In this document: piece by piece, positions 20,080 to 30,402 of the stretch | How positions within the stretch are numbered: the first letter of the stretch is position 1 | Layout of the letters: the number at the start of each line of letters is the position of its first letter | From: Bacteroidota bacterium | GTDB lineage: Bacteria; Bacteroidota; Bacteroidia; Flavobacteriales; Flavobacteriaceae | NCBI GenBank assembly: GCA_031384845.1 | Contig: JANNBA010000038.1 | Location: 1,376-65,375, forward strand | Length of the DNA stretch: 64,000 nucleotides | Direction: 5' to 3' | Made by a program: the position numbers and the translations under genes | The notes under the pieces: model-generated | What the model saw: the letters and a program-made list of their open reading frames with translations, nothing else | Database searches by the model: none | Told to the model about the DNA's origin: nothing

Positions 20080-21339
20080 TCAAACGGTTATTGTGATAAT
20101 ATCGCGTATTTTTGTCGTATAGCAGGGTGACAATTTTTCTTGTTTCATTTTCCATTGCCGTCCTATGGATTGTGTTGCAAATTTTATTTTGTTGTTTCCA
20201 TAGCTTTTATTCATTTTGTCGATAACGCCCATCAAGGGTTGGTGTTTTGGGTTTGAAGTTTCAAATAGCGACAACTGTGTTTGGCTATTTGGGGTTAATC
20301 CCATCACAATAACCCCTGCTTTTTTATAATGGTATCCTTCTCTAAAAATAGCTTTCAAACCAATTTGTGCATAGTGATTGAGCTCGATTGTTGAGTTTGT
20401 AGGAAAATCAGTTTTGAGAACAATGCTCCGGCTGTATTGTGGCTGGTCTTTACGAAAATAGTTGGTTTGTACAAAAACCATAATCATATTGCAATGGCTG
20501 TTTTGTTTGCGTAATTTTTCTGAGCAGGATGCCGTAAAGGTTGCTACACGCTCTTTTATATCCGTTAGTTTTGTAAACGGTTTTTCAAAAGAGCGTGTTG
20601 TTGCAATTGCTTTTTTGCTTTTTGGATGTTCTATATCCAAAGTTGGTTTTCCTTCTAGCTCGTGCTTGAGTCGCAGCCCCACGACGCTCATCTCGGCACG
20701 CACCCACTGGTCTGAAAGCAGCGAGAATTGATAGGCATTCAAGATGTTTTTGGCATGTAATCGTTTGGCATGTTTGCGCCCAATACCCCAAACATCTTCG
20801 ATTTTTGTCCATTTCAAGGCTTTTATTCTTTTTTCTTCGGTGTCTATGGTATAGACACTTTGTGTTTTGTCTGGAAATTTTTTGGCGATTTTATTGGCTA
20901 CTTTTGCTAGGGATTTTGTAGCAGCAAATCCAATACTAACGGGAATTCCGGTTCCTTTTGTAACGGTTTTTTGCATTTCTAATCCTATTTTTTGTAAATC
21001 AAAAAGCTCAAAACCGCTAAATTTCAAAAAAGCTTCGTCGATGCTATAGACTTCTATTTCTGGCGAGTAGCGTGCCAAAATATTCATCACTCTGGCACTC
21101 ATATCACCATAAAGGGCATAATTTGAGGAAAAAACACAAACTTTATTGGTCTCAAATACGGCTTTGTATTCAAATGCGGCTGCTCCCATAGGAATGCCCA
21201 AAGCCTTGGCTTCGTTTGAGCGTGCGATTACGCAGCCATCATTGTTGGAGAGCACTACAACGGGCTTGTTGCGCAAGTGCGGTTCAAATGCGCGCTGACA
21301 GGAGGCATAAAAATTATTGCAATCGACTAATGCAAACAT
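20080..21339 (-). CDS. umuC: Y-family translesion DNA polymerase (UmuC-like)
   Basis: N-terminus MFALVDCNNFYASCQRAFEP...VVVLSNNDGCVIARS. It sits directly downstream of the umuD-like gene. Confidence 0.85.
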   Translation of the reverse strand: MFALVDCNNFYASCQRAFEPHLRNKPVVVLSNNDGCVIARSNEAKALGIPMGAAAFEYKAVFETNKVCVFSSNYALYGDMSARVMNILARYSPEIEVYSIDEAFLKFSGFELFDLQKIGLEMQKTVTKGTGIPVSIGFAATKSLAKVANKIAKKFPDKTQSVYTIDTEEKRIKALKWTKIEDVWGIGRKHAKRLHAKNILNAYQFSLLSDQWVRAEMSVVGLRLKHELEGKPTLDIEHPKSKKAIATTRSFEKPFTKLTDIKERVATFTASCSEKLRKQNSHCNMIMVFVQTNYFRKDQPQYSRSIVLKTDFPTNSTIELNHYAQIGLKAIFREGYHYKKAGVIVMGLTPNSQTQLSLFETSNPKHQPLMGVIDKMNKSYGNNKIKFATQSIGRQWKMKQEKLSPCYTTKIRDIITITV

Positions 21340-21354
21340 ATTTTTGGGATATGG

Positions 21355-21804
21355 CTAAAAGGTTTTTATGGCAGTGGTTACAATTCCCCAAATCATAAAA
21401 TCGTTTTCGGGAGTTACTTTTATAGGTTTATAATCTTCGTTTTCGGCGATGAGCCATATCACGTCTTTCTCGATTTTGATTCGTTTTACTGTAAACTCTC
21501 CATCTATTTGACAAACTGCTATTTTGTTGTTTTGTGGTGTCAAGCTTCTGTCGATAACCAGCAAATCGCCATCGTGAATATCGGCGTTCTTCATCGAGTT
21601 TCCTTTTACTTTTGCAAAAAAGGTGGTGTCTTTATTTTTGATTATTTCTTTGTTCAAATCTATCGAAAGGGCTATAAAATCATCTGCTGGCGATGGAAAT
21701 CCTGCGCTAATACCTGCGTCTATATAGGGCAATTCTATTGTTGTGGTATGGTCTGGAAAAAAAAATTCTAATGCTGTGCTATGGTGTAAACTTTTTAATT
21801 TCAT
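21355..21804 (-). CDS. umuD: S24 peptidase, UmuD/LexA-like autoproteolytic subunit
   Basis: Cleavage-site region AGFPSPADD, Ser (GNSM) and Lys (VKRI) dyad contexts. The start was chosen at MKLKSLHH. Confidence 0.8.
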   Translation of the reverse strand: MKLKSLHHSTALEFFFPDHTTTIELPYIDAGISAGFPSPADDFIALSIDLNKEIIKNKDTTFFAKVKGNSMKNADIHDGDLLVIDRSLTPQNNKIAVCQIDGEFTVKRIKIEKDVIWLIAENEDYKPIKVTPENDFMIWGIVTTAIKTF

Positions 21805-22009
21805 TTTACAAAAATAGGCAAGAAAACATTTAGTTGGGTCTATTTTTTTTAAAATAGTTATCAACTTTTTTGTTGGAGAAAGGTTTGTTTTTTAAATTTT
21901 TATGAGTTGTCGGTTTGAAAGGTTTTCAGTGCAAAGAGCCAAATGTTATAGGCTTTCTAGTGTGTTTTGATCGGATTGGTTTTTGGGGAATGTCTTCGAG
22001 ATGATATTA

Positions 22010-22124
22010 GTGTATGATAGCCCCGATTGAGGCGGTATCCTTTTTGGATTTTCTTTTTCAGAAAATCCAAAAAGATATAGCCGAAAGCGGGACGGGTGGT
22101 GTGCGAGACGGGGTGGTGTGCTTC
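22010..22124 (-). repeat. Family-1 palindromic intergenic repeat, copy B (inverted orientation)
   Basis: The reverse complement reads gaagcacaccaccccgtctcgcacaccacccgtcccgctttcggctatatc-[hairpin]-gataccgcctcaatcggggctatcatacac. Confidence 0.9.
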
Positions 22125-22168
22125 AAAAAAAAAGGAGAGCAGGGTTTTTTTTGGTTATTGATGGTTTT

Positions 22169-22552
22169 TTAGCTTAGCCAATATACGGCCAAAATTGCGG
22201 GGATAAAATAGATTACTATGGTTCTTGCGCCGTCATAATCCTTGGCCATTCGCTGGCCGATAAGCAAAAAAATTAGCGTAATACACGAGGATATTCCGCC
22301 GTACAAACCTAGTGTTCTGCCGTTATTGACTAGGAGTTGTATGCAGCCCGAAATGCACAAAATAGAGCTTATGAGTTCTAAAATCAAAATCAAAAACAAC
22401 GCTTGAGGGACTTTATTTTTGATGGGCGAATTTTCAAAATGTGCCTTTAGCCATGATAGATTATCGTTCCAATACATCGTTTTGTCATAACCAGATTGAA
22501 CAAAAGTAGCGGCCAAAAGCAGGAGTACCAAGATTGCGGCAATGTTGAACAT
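22169..22552 (-). CDS. Small 4-TM membrane protein (DoxX-like?)
   Basis: 127 aa with four hydrophobic segments. The family assignment is uncertain. Confidence 0.5.
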   Translation of the reverse strand: MFNIAAILVLLLLAATFVQSGYDKTMYWNDNLSWLKAHFENSPIKNKVPQALFLILILELISSILCISGCIQLLVNNGRTLGLYGGISSCITLIFLLIGQRMAKDYDGARTIVIYFIPAILAVYWLS

Positions 22553-22556
22553 ATTT

Positions 22557-23705
22557 TTATTTTTTATGGATTAAACGGGTTAGTTTTATAGACAAATCTG
22601 TCAAAATAATTTTGGCATTTCCGTTGCGCTCGATATGATACATTGCGTCGGAAATTTCGTCAAAAATGCCGTGAATATTATTGCCATTTACAAATGGGGC
22701 TAGGTTTTTGAGTTCAAATTTTTCGACGGTTGGGTCAAAATAGACTAGCGTCGGGGCTTCATAATGCAACAGCAGTGCTTGTCGAAACATATTGATACAG
22801 AACTCCAAAAACTGTTTTTGGGTTTCTCGTCCTAATCCTGCAATTTGTTCGCTCCACGAGATTAATTCGTGTATTGCGGCGGCGTTTCCTTTGGCACGAA
22901 ATGCCGCTCGAACCCAATCGACATAGCATTTTTCAAAAAAATCTGTTTCGCTGTCTGTGCGCATCAAATACAGGGCTTTGTTGAAATTTCCTTGAGATTG
23001 GTGTGCGATTTTTTTGGCCAATTTGGTTTCAACATCGTGGTTTTCTACCAAAGCTTTTTCTATACAAACGCTGCTTAATCCATTGAAATGCAGTACCTGA
23101 CAGCGCGATTTTATGGTAGGCAAAAGGGCTTCTTCGTTTTCTGTGATTAATATAAATAGGCTTTTGTCTGTGGGTTCTTCTAGTAGCTTCAGGATTTTGT
23201 TTGACGCATCGCGATTCATTTTGTCTGCCATCCAAATAATCATCACTTTGTAGCCGCCTTCATAGGCTTTTAGCGACATGGATTTCCAGATTTCGTTAGC
23301 GTCTTCTACTCTAATGATGCCTTGCTTGTTTTGAACTTCTAGAATTTCATTCCATTCTGTAAAGCCGCCATAGGGGTTTTCTTTCAAAAATGTGCGCCAT
23401 TGTTTTAAAAAATCGATACTTTTTGGATTTGTTTTGACCAAATCTGTGGTTACATTTGGGTAGGCAAAGTGCAGGTCTGGGTGTGCAAAGGATTTGAATT
23501 TTAGATTACAGGCGGCACTTCCTTCTTGGTTTTGGGTGTTTGTGTTAGCGCACAAAATATACTGTGCATAAGCAATTGCCATAGGCAAAGTGCCACAGCC
23601 CTCTGGCCCTACAAACAATTGTGCGTGCGGTATTCTGCCTATATCGGCACTAGTGATCAAATGTGATTTGATATGATCTTGACCTAAAATTTCTGAAAAT
23701 TGCAT
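22557..23705 (-). CDS. holB: DNA polymerase III subunit delta prime
   Basis: Contains HAQLFVGPEGCGTLPMA, a zinc-module-like C..C region, and the SRC motif (TIKSRCQVLHF). An ATG at 23705 follows a TTG at 23708. Confidence 0.8.
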   Translation of the reverse strand: MQFSEILGQDHIKSHLITSADIGRIPHAQLFVGPEGCGTLPMAIAYAQYILCANTNTQNQEGSAACNLKFKSFAHPDLHFAYPNVTTDLVKTNPKSIDFLKQWRTFLKENPYGGFTEWNEILEVQNKQGIIRVEDANEIWKSMSLKAYEGGYKVMIIWMADKMNRDASNKILKLLEEPTDKSLFILITENEEALLPTIKSRCQVLHFNGLSSVCIEKALVENHDVETKLAKKIAHQSQGNFNKALYLMRTDSETDFFEKCYVDWVRAAFRAKGNAAAIHELISWSEQIAGLGRETQKQFLEFCINMFRQALLLHYEAPTLVYFDPTVEKFELKNLAPFVNGNNIHGIFDEISDAMYHIERNGNAKIILTDLSIKLTRLIHKK

Positions 23706-23833
23706 CAAGCAAAGATATTAAAAGACTTGGTTTTTTTTGTTTTTAAAAGCTAAAATTATGTATTTTTGAAAATTATTTCTAATGTGTTGCATCCGCTGCT
23801 TTTTTAGATTTCTTCACAAGCTAAATTTTTATA

Positions 23834-25144
23834 ATGCTGCCATTATTCGACTTGACACTTCAGTTTTTTGGTTTTCCGATAAAGAAAGCCCAGGCCGACT
23901 TGCAAAAAATAAAAGATTTTAGTGCTGCTGAGCATGCTGTTTTTTTAGAAAATCAAAAAAGAGACATCGTAGCTTTTCATCAAAAAAACAATCTTTTTTA
24001 TCAAAATCTAACTTCAAATTTGAAAAATAATCTGTGGGAAGATTTGCCAATATTGACCAAAAAGGATTTACAAATTCCTTTACACAAAAGGCTTTCTAAT
24101 GATTATACCTTACAAAAAGTGTATGTAAACAAAACTTCTGGATCAAGTGGCGAACCCTTTTTTTTTGCGAAAGACAAATTTTGCCACGCCCTAACTTGGG
24201 CATCAAATCAATACCGTTTTGGGTGGTTTGGAATCAACTTTAATCAAGATTTGCAAGCTCGGTTTTATGGTATTCCGTTGGACTTTTTTGGGTATCAAAA
24301 AGAAAGGTTTAAAGATTTTTTGTCGCACCGCTATCGGTTTCCTGTTTTTGATTTGTCGGATTCCGTTTTAGAGTTGTTTTTATCAAAATTTAGGCAAAAG
24401 AAATTTGTGTATATCAACGGCTACACAAGCTCTATAGTGCTGTTTGCCAAATATTTGCAATCAAAAAATATCGTTTTGACAAGTGTTTGCCCAACGCTAA
24501 AACTTTGTGTTGTAACTTCTGAAATGCTTTTTGAGTCGGACAAAATTTTGATGCAAATTCAATTTGGGGTGCCCGTCGTAAATGAATATGGTGCTTCAGA
24601 GCTTGATTTGATTGCGTTTGAAAACCCTCAAAACCAGTGGCAGGTGAATGCCGAAACTATTTTTGTCGAAATTTTGGATGCTCAAAATAAGGTGCTTGAG
24701 TATGGCAAAGAAGGCCGAATTGTGGTAACTTCGTTGTTCAACAAAGCACACCCTTTTATTAGATACGATTTGGGCGATATTGGTATTCTTGACCCAAAAA
24801 GCAGCTCTCAAAAACCAATTTTGAAACGATTATCGGGTCGTACAAACGATTTTGCTGTGTTGCCTTCGGGAAAAAAAGCGGCTGGTTTGGCTTTTTATTA
24901 TATCACAAAAGCGGTTATCGAAGATGATGGTAATGTAAAAGAGTTTGTAATCATTCAAACCAAAATAGATACTTTTGAGTTGTTATACCGAAGCGAAATA
25001 GTATTAAGTTTGCTTCAAATTCAAAAAATAAAATCTGCTATCGAACTTTATTTGGAACCTAATTTGAATTTTATTTTTATAAAAAAAACGGTTTTATCAA
25101 GAAGCAATCGAGGCAAATTGAAACAATTTTCGTCACGGTTGTAA
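23834..25144 (+). CDS. Phenylacetate-CoA ligase family (CapK/F390-synthetase-like adenylate-forming enzyme)
   Basis: AMP-binding motif KTSGSSGEPFFF and a C-terminal RGKLKQF. Confidence 0.7.
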   Translation: MLPLFDLTLQFFGFPIKKAQADLQKIKDFSAAEHAVFLENQKRDIVAFHQKNNLFYQNLTSNLKNNLWEDLPILTKKDLQIPLHKRLSNDYTLQKVYVNKTSGSSGEPFFFAKDKFCHALTWASNQYRFGWFGINFNQDLQARFYGIPLDFFGYQKERFKDFLSHRYRFPVFDLSDSVLELFLSKFRQKKFVYINGYTSSIVLFAKYLQSKNIVLTSVCPTLKLCVVTSEMLFESDKILMQIQFGVPVVNEYGASELDLIAFENPQNQWQVNAETIFVEILDAQNKVLEYGKEGRIVVTSLFNKAHPFIRYDLGDIGILDPKSSSQKPILKRLSGRTNDFAVLPSGKKAAGLAFYYITKAVIEDDGNVKEFVIIQTKIDTFELLYRSEIVLSLLQIQKIKSAIELYLEPNLNFIFIKKTVLSRSNRGKLKQFSSRL

Positions 25145-25157
25145 ATTATATTTTGTA

Positions 25158-25871
25158 CTAATCTACAAACTCAATTTTAGATTTGTTTGACACAAAAACA
25201 CCTTCTATAAAATTTGGATTGGCTTGAATTTCTTGATATTCGAGCTCGGTTAATCTGTCTTTGAAAACGGTTTTTTTGAGGTCTAGCGTAAGCTCGATAT
25301 CAAAGTAGTCGTTTTGGTCAAGATAATATTCGATATTGTCTTGTTTATAATAGCGCTGTTTGTTCCAAACGGTTTTGATTTGAAAATGTTGTGTTTCTTG
25401 TTTTTTGAGGGTCATTTTTGAAGCCAAAATTTCTTGGTTTTGAAGTATCCAAATTTCGTCAGTACTTGTGCCTCCATTTTGTTTGTATTTTTTGATGGTT
25501 TCGATGTCATTTTGCGCTTGTTTTTGATAGTAGGCCTCCAGATTTTGTTCGGCAGTTTGGTTATTTTGAAAAGTATCGTCATCAGTATTTTCAAAAAAAG
25601 GCCCGTCAAGATTTTGATACAAACGGTTTTGATAAATTTTATAATAGGGAAACAAAGTCATTGATGCGGCGGCGTTTGCAATAAAGGTTTTGGGGTTCAG
25701 AAACATAGAAACATCATTATCAGATTGATTTTGAATGTGATAAAATATAGTGTACCCAGTTTTGTCGGGCAATAAGTCTTGGATTTTTATTTGGTCGATT
25801 ACAACTTTTAGGACAGGATTTTGTGCCAACATTACATTTGAAAACAGCAGAATTATCAATATTTTTTTCAT
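25158..25871 (-). CDS. Secreted hypothetical protein
   Basis: Signal peptide MKKILIILLFSNVMLAQ. Q/N/Y-rich with no recognisable domain. Confidence 0.55.
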   Translation of the reverse strand: MKKILIILLFSNVMLAQNPVLKVVIDQIKIQDLLPDKTGYTIFYHIQNQSDNDVSMFLNPKTFIANAAASMTLFPYYKIYQNRLYQNLDGPFFENTDDDTFQNNQTAEQNLEAYYQKQAQNDIETIKKYKQNGGTSTDEIWILQNQEILASKMTLKKQETQHFQIKTVWNKQRYYKQDNIEYYLDQNDYFDIELTLDLKKTVFKDRLTELEYQEIQANPNFIEGVFVSNKSKIEFVD

Positions 25872-25895
25872 CTTAAAAAAAATTAAAAACGTTAG

Positions 25896-27137
25896 TTATT
25901 CATATCGAAGTGCTTCAATTGGGTCTAATTTTGCTGCTTTTACAGCAGGATAGGATCCCGAAACCACGGCTACCAAAAAACTTACGATTACGGCCCAAAT
26001 TATGGCACCCCACGGCACTACAAAACCAAAACCACTTGCGGTTGCCAAAGCAAAACCTATCAACAATCCCAAAATAATACCAACCAATCCGCCCATTTGT
26101 CCAACCAACAGTGTCTCTATAAAAAACTGGTATGCTATGGTTGTTTTTTTGGCACCTAGGGCTTTCCGCACTCCAATTTCGCGGGTGCGCTCTGTAACAG
26201 AAACGATCATAATATTCATGAGTGCAATAGACGATCCCAAAATGGTAATGATGCTGATGATAATCGCAGCAAAATCTAAATATTGTGTCATTTCTAAAAT
26301 TTTGTTGATCAAATCGTCACTTCGCATAATGCCAAAATTGTTTATTTCGACAGGGCTTAGTTTTCTAATTTTGCGCATCGTGGTAGTGGCATTGTCTATT
26401 GCGGCAGCCAAAAGTTCGTTTTTTTGAACCATTACGCTCAATTGGTAATTGATGTTTGGTGCTGTAAATAAGGATCTTGCAACCTGAATTGGTATCAAAA
26501 TGCGCAAATCTTGGGTATTGCCAAAAGTAGAACCTTTCTCTTTGAGAACACCTATTACTTTAAATTTTGCGCCTCGAATAGAAATTGTTTTGCCAATAGG
26601 TTGGGTGTTTTTGAAGATGCCTTTCAAAAAATCTGACCCCACCAAACAGGCATAATTGTTATTCGAAATATCAAACGGGCTAAAGTTTCTACCCAAATCT
26701 ATTTCTAATCCAGAATTGGTTACAAATTGGTTATCAATGCCCAAAACCGCAATGTTTGGATCTGTTTTTTTGTCTTCAAATTTCACTTCGGCCGTCGAGG
26801 TTGCCGTAAATGATAATGAACATTCTGAAAGTGGAAAGTTGTATTTTTCTTTAAAACTTTTGGCTTGTGGATAACTTATGATTGGATTGATAATCTCGCG
26901 TTCGCCACCACCTCGCTCCTGTGTCGAAAATTCGTACTGATTGATATTGAAGGTGTTAGAACCCATAGAAGCAAAGTTGGTTTTGATATTGCTTTCTAGG
27001 CAGGCTACAACGGTAAGTATGCCTACTAATGCTGTGATTCCAATTGCAATAATCAGCACTGTAAGTACGGTTCGAAGCATTTGCGATTTCACAGAGCCAA
27101 TGGCAATGCTAAGGTTTTCTTTGAAAATTTTAAACAT
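25896..27137 (-). CDS. ABC transporter permease (MacB/FtsX-like)
   Basis: 413 aa: N-terminal TM, a MacB periplasmic domain, and a C-terminal FtsX 3-TM module (ERTREIGVRKALGA). Confidence 0.85.
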   Translation of the reverse strand: MFKIFKENLSIAIGSVKSQMLRTVLTVLIIAIGITALVGILTVVACLESNIKTNFASMGSNTFNINQYEFSTQERGGGEREIINPIISYPQAKSFKEKYNFPLSECSLSFTATSTAEVKFEDKKTDPNIAVLGIDNQFVTNSGLEIDLGRNFSPFDISNNNYACLVGSDFLKGIFKNTQPIGKTISIRGAKFKVIGVLKEKGSTFGNTQDLRILIPIQVARSLFTAPNINYQLSVMVQKNELLAAAIDNATTTMRKIRKLSPVEINNFGIMRSDDLINKILEMTQYLDFAAIIISIITILGSSIALMNIMIVSVTERTREIGVRKALGAKKTTIAYQFFIETLLVGQMGGLVGIILGLLIGFALATASGFGFVVPWGAIIWAVIVSFLVAVVSGSYPAVKAAKLDPIEALRYE

Positions 27138-27262
27138 AGTAGCTATTTGTTACAAATTTACTGTTTTTGTTACAATCTAGGCATACAACAATAAAAAAAC
27201 CTTAATTTTTATTTGAATTATACCAAATATAATTATTGGTTTAAAAATTTCGTTTTGGCTAC

Positions 27263-27291
27263 AAAAAAAACCACGCTTTCGGCGTGGTTTT
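27263..27291 (-). terminator. Bidirectional rho-independent terminator downstream of mscL
   Basis: A8-ccacgc-tttcg-gcgtgg-tttt, giving a T run on the minus strand. Confidence 0.7.
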
Positions 27292-27311
27292 GTATGAAAA
27301 AAAAATAGGTA

Positions 27312-27728
27312 TTATTTTTTCAATAAATCTCTAATTTCTGCAAGCAATTGCTCTTGACTTGGTCCAGATGGAGCAGCAGGAGCAGCAACTTCTTTCTTTT
27401 TTGCATTTTCGGCAGCGCGTAAAATTACAAAAATAAACAACGAAATAATTACAAAATTGATAACGGCTTGTACCAAATTTCCATAGGTCAAGCAGCTTGC
27501 ACCAGCGGTTTTGGCGGCAGCCAAATTGTCGTAAGTGTTGCCATCAAGTGCAATAAATTTTTGGGTGAAATCTACGCCACCTGTCAAAATACCAACAATT
27601 GGCATTATCACATCATCGACTGCAGAGCCAACAATTTTTCCAAAAGCACCACCAATTACTACAGCAGTTGCCAAACTTAGTACGTCACCCTTCATCAAAG
27701 AAGCTTTAAAATCTGCGAAAAATCCCAT
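27312..27728 (-). CDS. mscL: Large-conductance mechanosensitive channel
   Basis: N-terminus [43 protein letters not shown]. Confidence 0.9.
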   Translation of the reverse strand: MGFFADFKASLMKGDVLSLATAVVIGGAFGKIVGSAVDDVIMPIVGILTGGVDFTQKFIALDGNTYDNLAAAKTAGASCLTYGNLVQAVINFVIISLFIFVILRAAENAKKKEVAAPAAPSGPSQEQLLAEIRDLLKK

Positions 27729-27819
27729 AATTAATTTTTTTTAAAGTTAATGTTTGTTTTTTAATAGTACGAAAATAGTTAATTTTTTATTAAAACAATT
27801 TTTTTTATCACTTTTTTTG

Positions 27820-30270
27820 TCATTCTCTGTAAAACACACGTTTTACCCGATGAGATACATTGGTCAAAATTTCATAAGGAATTGTTTTGAGTTGAGATGC
27901 TATAAAATTGACGTTGGGATAAATACCAAAAACAACTACGCTATCGCCTTCATTGCAATCTATTTTGCTAATATCAATCATCATCATATCCATACAAATA
28001 TTGCCCAAAATGGTTGCTTTTTGATTATTTATGGTCACAAATCCCAACTCGTTGCCCCAACTTCGTGCAATTCCGTCTGCATAGCCAATTGGAATAGTAG
28101 CGATTTTCATGTTTTTTGTTGACTTAAATTGATTGTTATAACCCACACAATCCCCTTTTTTTAGATGTCGAATTTGCGAAATCACGGTTTTTAGGGTGCT
28201 CACGTTTTCCAACAAAAGTTGCTCTTTTGGATTATTTGAAACGCCATAAATGCCTATGCCAAGCCGCACCATATCAAGCTGGTAATCGCTAAAATTACTA
28301 ATTCCAGAGGTGTTCAAAATGTGTAATATAGGATCAATTTTCAATGCTTTTTTGAGTTGTGTACATTGATTTTCAAAAAGAGATAATTGAGAAAAGGCAT
28401 AGCTTTTGTTGGTTTTATTGTCGCTTGTGGCCAAATGTGACAAAATACTTTTGACAAAAACAAAAGGGTTGATTTCAAGAATACTGATCAAATTTTCGAT
28501 ATTACTTTGGTCAAAGCCAAGTCTGTGCATACCAGTATCGAGTTTGATGTGAATGGGATAATTTTTGAGTTTTTTGAGTGCGGCAATTTTCAAAAAAGCG
28601 GTCAATCCTTTGATGCTGTAAATTTCGGGTTCCAAACCGTGTTGGATTATAGATTCAAAACTACTTATTTCTGGATTCAGAACCATTATTGGCAATTTAA
28701 TTCCAGCATTTTTTAGCTGAATGCCTTCATCGGCAAAAGCCACACCAAGATAATCAACTTTTTGATACTCGAGTAGTTTTGCAATTTCAAAACCACCACT
28801 GCCATAACCAAATGCTTTTACCATCACCATTATTTTGGTGGTAGGTTTGAGCTTTGCTCTAAAAAAATGGAGGTTGTGCGTAATTGCATTTAGATTGATT
28901 TCCAAAACGGTTTCGTGGTTTTTCTCTTCCAAAAATGAAACGATTTTTTCAAATTGAAAATTGCGTGCGCCTTTTACCAAAATGGTTTGATTAGAAAAAT
29001 CAAAATTTTCAATCGCCGCCAAAAAAGCTGTTGTAGATGGGTAGCAAAATAGATTTGAAAATTGATTTTTGTGATTTGAAATTTCAGTACCGATACCAAT
29101 AATTCTGTCTATTTTGTTGGCTTTGATCAGTTGCCCCACTTTTTGATACAACTCTTTTTCTGCCCATCCAGATTGAAAAATATCCGATAAAATGACCGTT
29201 TTATAGTTTTGTTTTTTTTGACTTTCGACAAAGTCTAGAGCAATTTGGAGCGATTCAAAATCAGACGAGTAGCTGTCATCAATCAAGGTCGAATTTTGTA
29301 TGCCGTTTTTTAGTTTCAATCTCATCTCGACCGGAAATAGCTCTTGCATTCTGGCATGAATCGTTTGTTGGTCATATTCTAAATATAGTAATATTGACAA
29401 ACAAGAAATAGCATTTTCTATAGAAGCTTTGTCAACGAACGGTATTTTAATGGTTTGATTTTGAACATTATAAACATAATCTATTTGGGTTTCGCTGCCT
29501 TTTGTTTTTTGTTTTTTGATATATAAAACAGCGGTTTCATCGGTATTACTCCATGAAAAAAGTTTTGTTTTTTTGTTTTTAAAAAACGGCTGAACTGTTT
29601 CGTTTTTTTGACAAATTAACACATCCGATTTTTCAAATAAGAGTAATTTTTGTGTTGTTTTTTGAAGTTCAGAATCAAATCCTGCATCGTGTGCGGATCC
29701 AATATTTGTCAAAACACCAATAGTTGGGCGCAATATTGTGGCCAAAAACGACATTTCATTTATGGTTGAAATGCCCGCTTCAAAAATACCAAGATTGTGA
29801 TTTTGATTGATTCCTAGCACCGAAAGCGGAACACCAACCTGCGAATTATAGCTTTTTGGACTTCTAATAATATTAAAATCAGGACTTAACAAAAAGTTAA
29901 GCCATTCTTTTACAATTGTTTTGCCGTTGCTACCTGTTATCCCAATAATGGGAAAATCAAATTGGGCGCGATAATGACCTGCAAATAGCTGCAAAGCCAT
30001 TAAAGTGTTTTTTACTACAAAAAAAGTTGCATTTGGTAAGGCGTTTTCTGGAATGGTTTCTACCACAAAAAACAAAACGCCCTTTGAAATCAAATCATTA
30101 ATGTATAGATGCGCATCATGATGTTGCCCTACGATGGCAAAAAACAAAGTTTTGGAACCATTTTGAAGCAATCGACTGTTGATGGAAACATTTTCGATTT
30201 CGATTTTTTTTAAATTTTTTGCAGATTGACTGTTCAAAATTTGATTTAACTGACTCGAATTTAAAATCAT
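27820..30270 (-). CDS. murF: Bifunctional UDP-MurNAc-tripeptide--D-Ala-D-Ala ligase (MurF) / alanine racemase (Alr)
   Basis: 816 aa. The N-terminal Mur ligase has IGITGSNGKT. The C-terminal Alr has the PLP-Lys context VMVKAFGYGSG. Confidence 0.85.
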   Translation of the reverse strand: MILNSSQLNQILNSQSAKNLKKIEIENVSINSRLLQNGSKTLFFAIVGQHHDAHLYINDLISKGVLFFVVETIPENALPNATFFVVKNTLMALQLFAGHYRAQFDFPIIGITGSNGKTIVKEWLNFLLSPDFNIIRSPKSYNSQVGVPLSVLGINQNHNLGIFEAGISTINEMSFLATILRPTIGVLTNIGSAHDAGFDSELQKTTQKLLLFEKSDVLICQKNETVQPFFKNKKTKLFSWSNTDETAVLYIKKQKTKGSETQIDYVYNVQNQTIKIPFVDKASIENAISCLSILLYLEYDQQTIHARMQELFPVEMRLKLKNGIQNSTLIDDSYSSDFESLQIALDFVESQKKQNYKTVILSDIFQSGWAEKELYQKVGQLIKANKIDRIIGIGTEISNHKNQFSNLFCYPSTTAFLAAIENFDFSNQTILVKGARNFQFEKIVSFLEEKNHETVLEINLNAITHNLHFFRAKLKPTTKIMVMVKAFGYGSGGFEIAKLLEYQKVDYLGVAFADEGIQLKNAGIKLPIMVLNPEISSFESIIQHGLEPEIYSIKGLTAFLKIAALKKLKNYPIHIKLDTGMHRLGFDQSNIENLISILEINPFVFVKSILSHLATSDNKTNKSYAFSQLSLFENQCTQLKKALKIDPILHILNTSGISNFSDYQLDMVRLGIGIYGVSNNPKEQLLLENVSTLKTVISQIRHLKKGDCVGYNNQFKSTKNMKIATIPIGYADGIARSWGNELGFVTINNQKATILGNICMDMMMIDISKIDCNEGDSVVVFGIYPNVNFIASQLKTIPYEILTNVSHRVKRVFYRE

Positions 30271-30402
30271 TATTTGTCATTATTTGGGTTGGTAAAAATA
30301 CAGTTTCTGATTATTGAAATCAATTGTTTTTGAAAATTATATTGTGTAAAATTGGTTTTGGAGCCATTTTTTGATTACTTTTGAATAAAATTTGAGTAAA
30401 AA

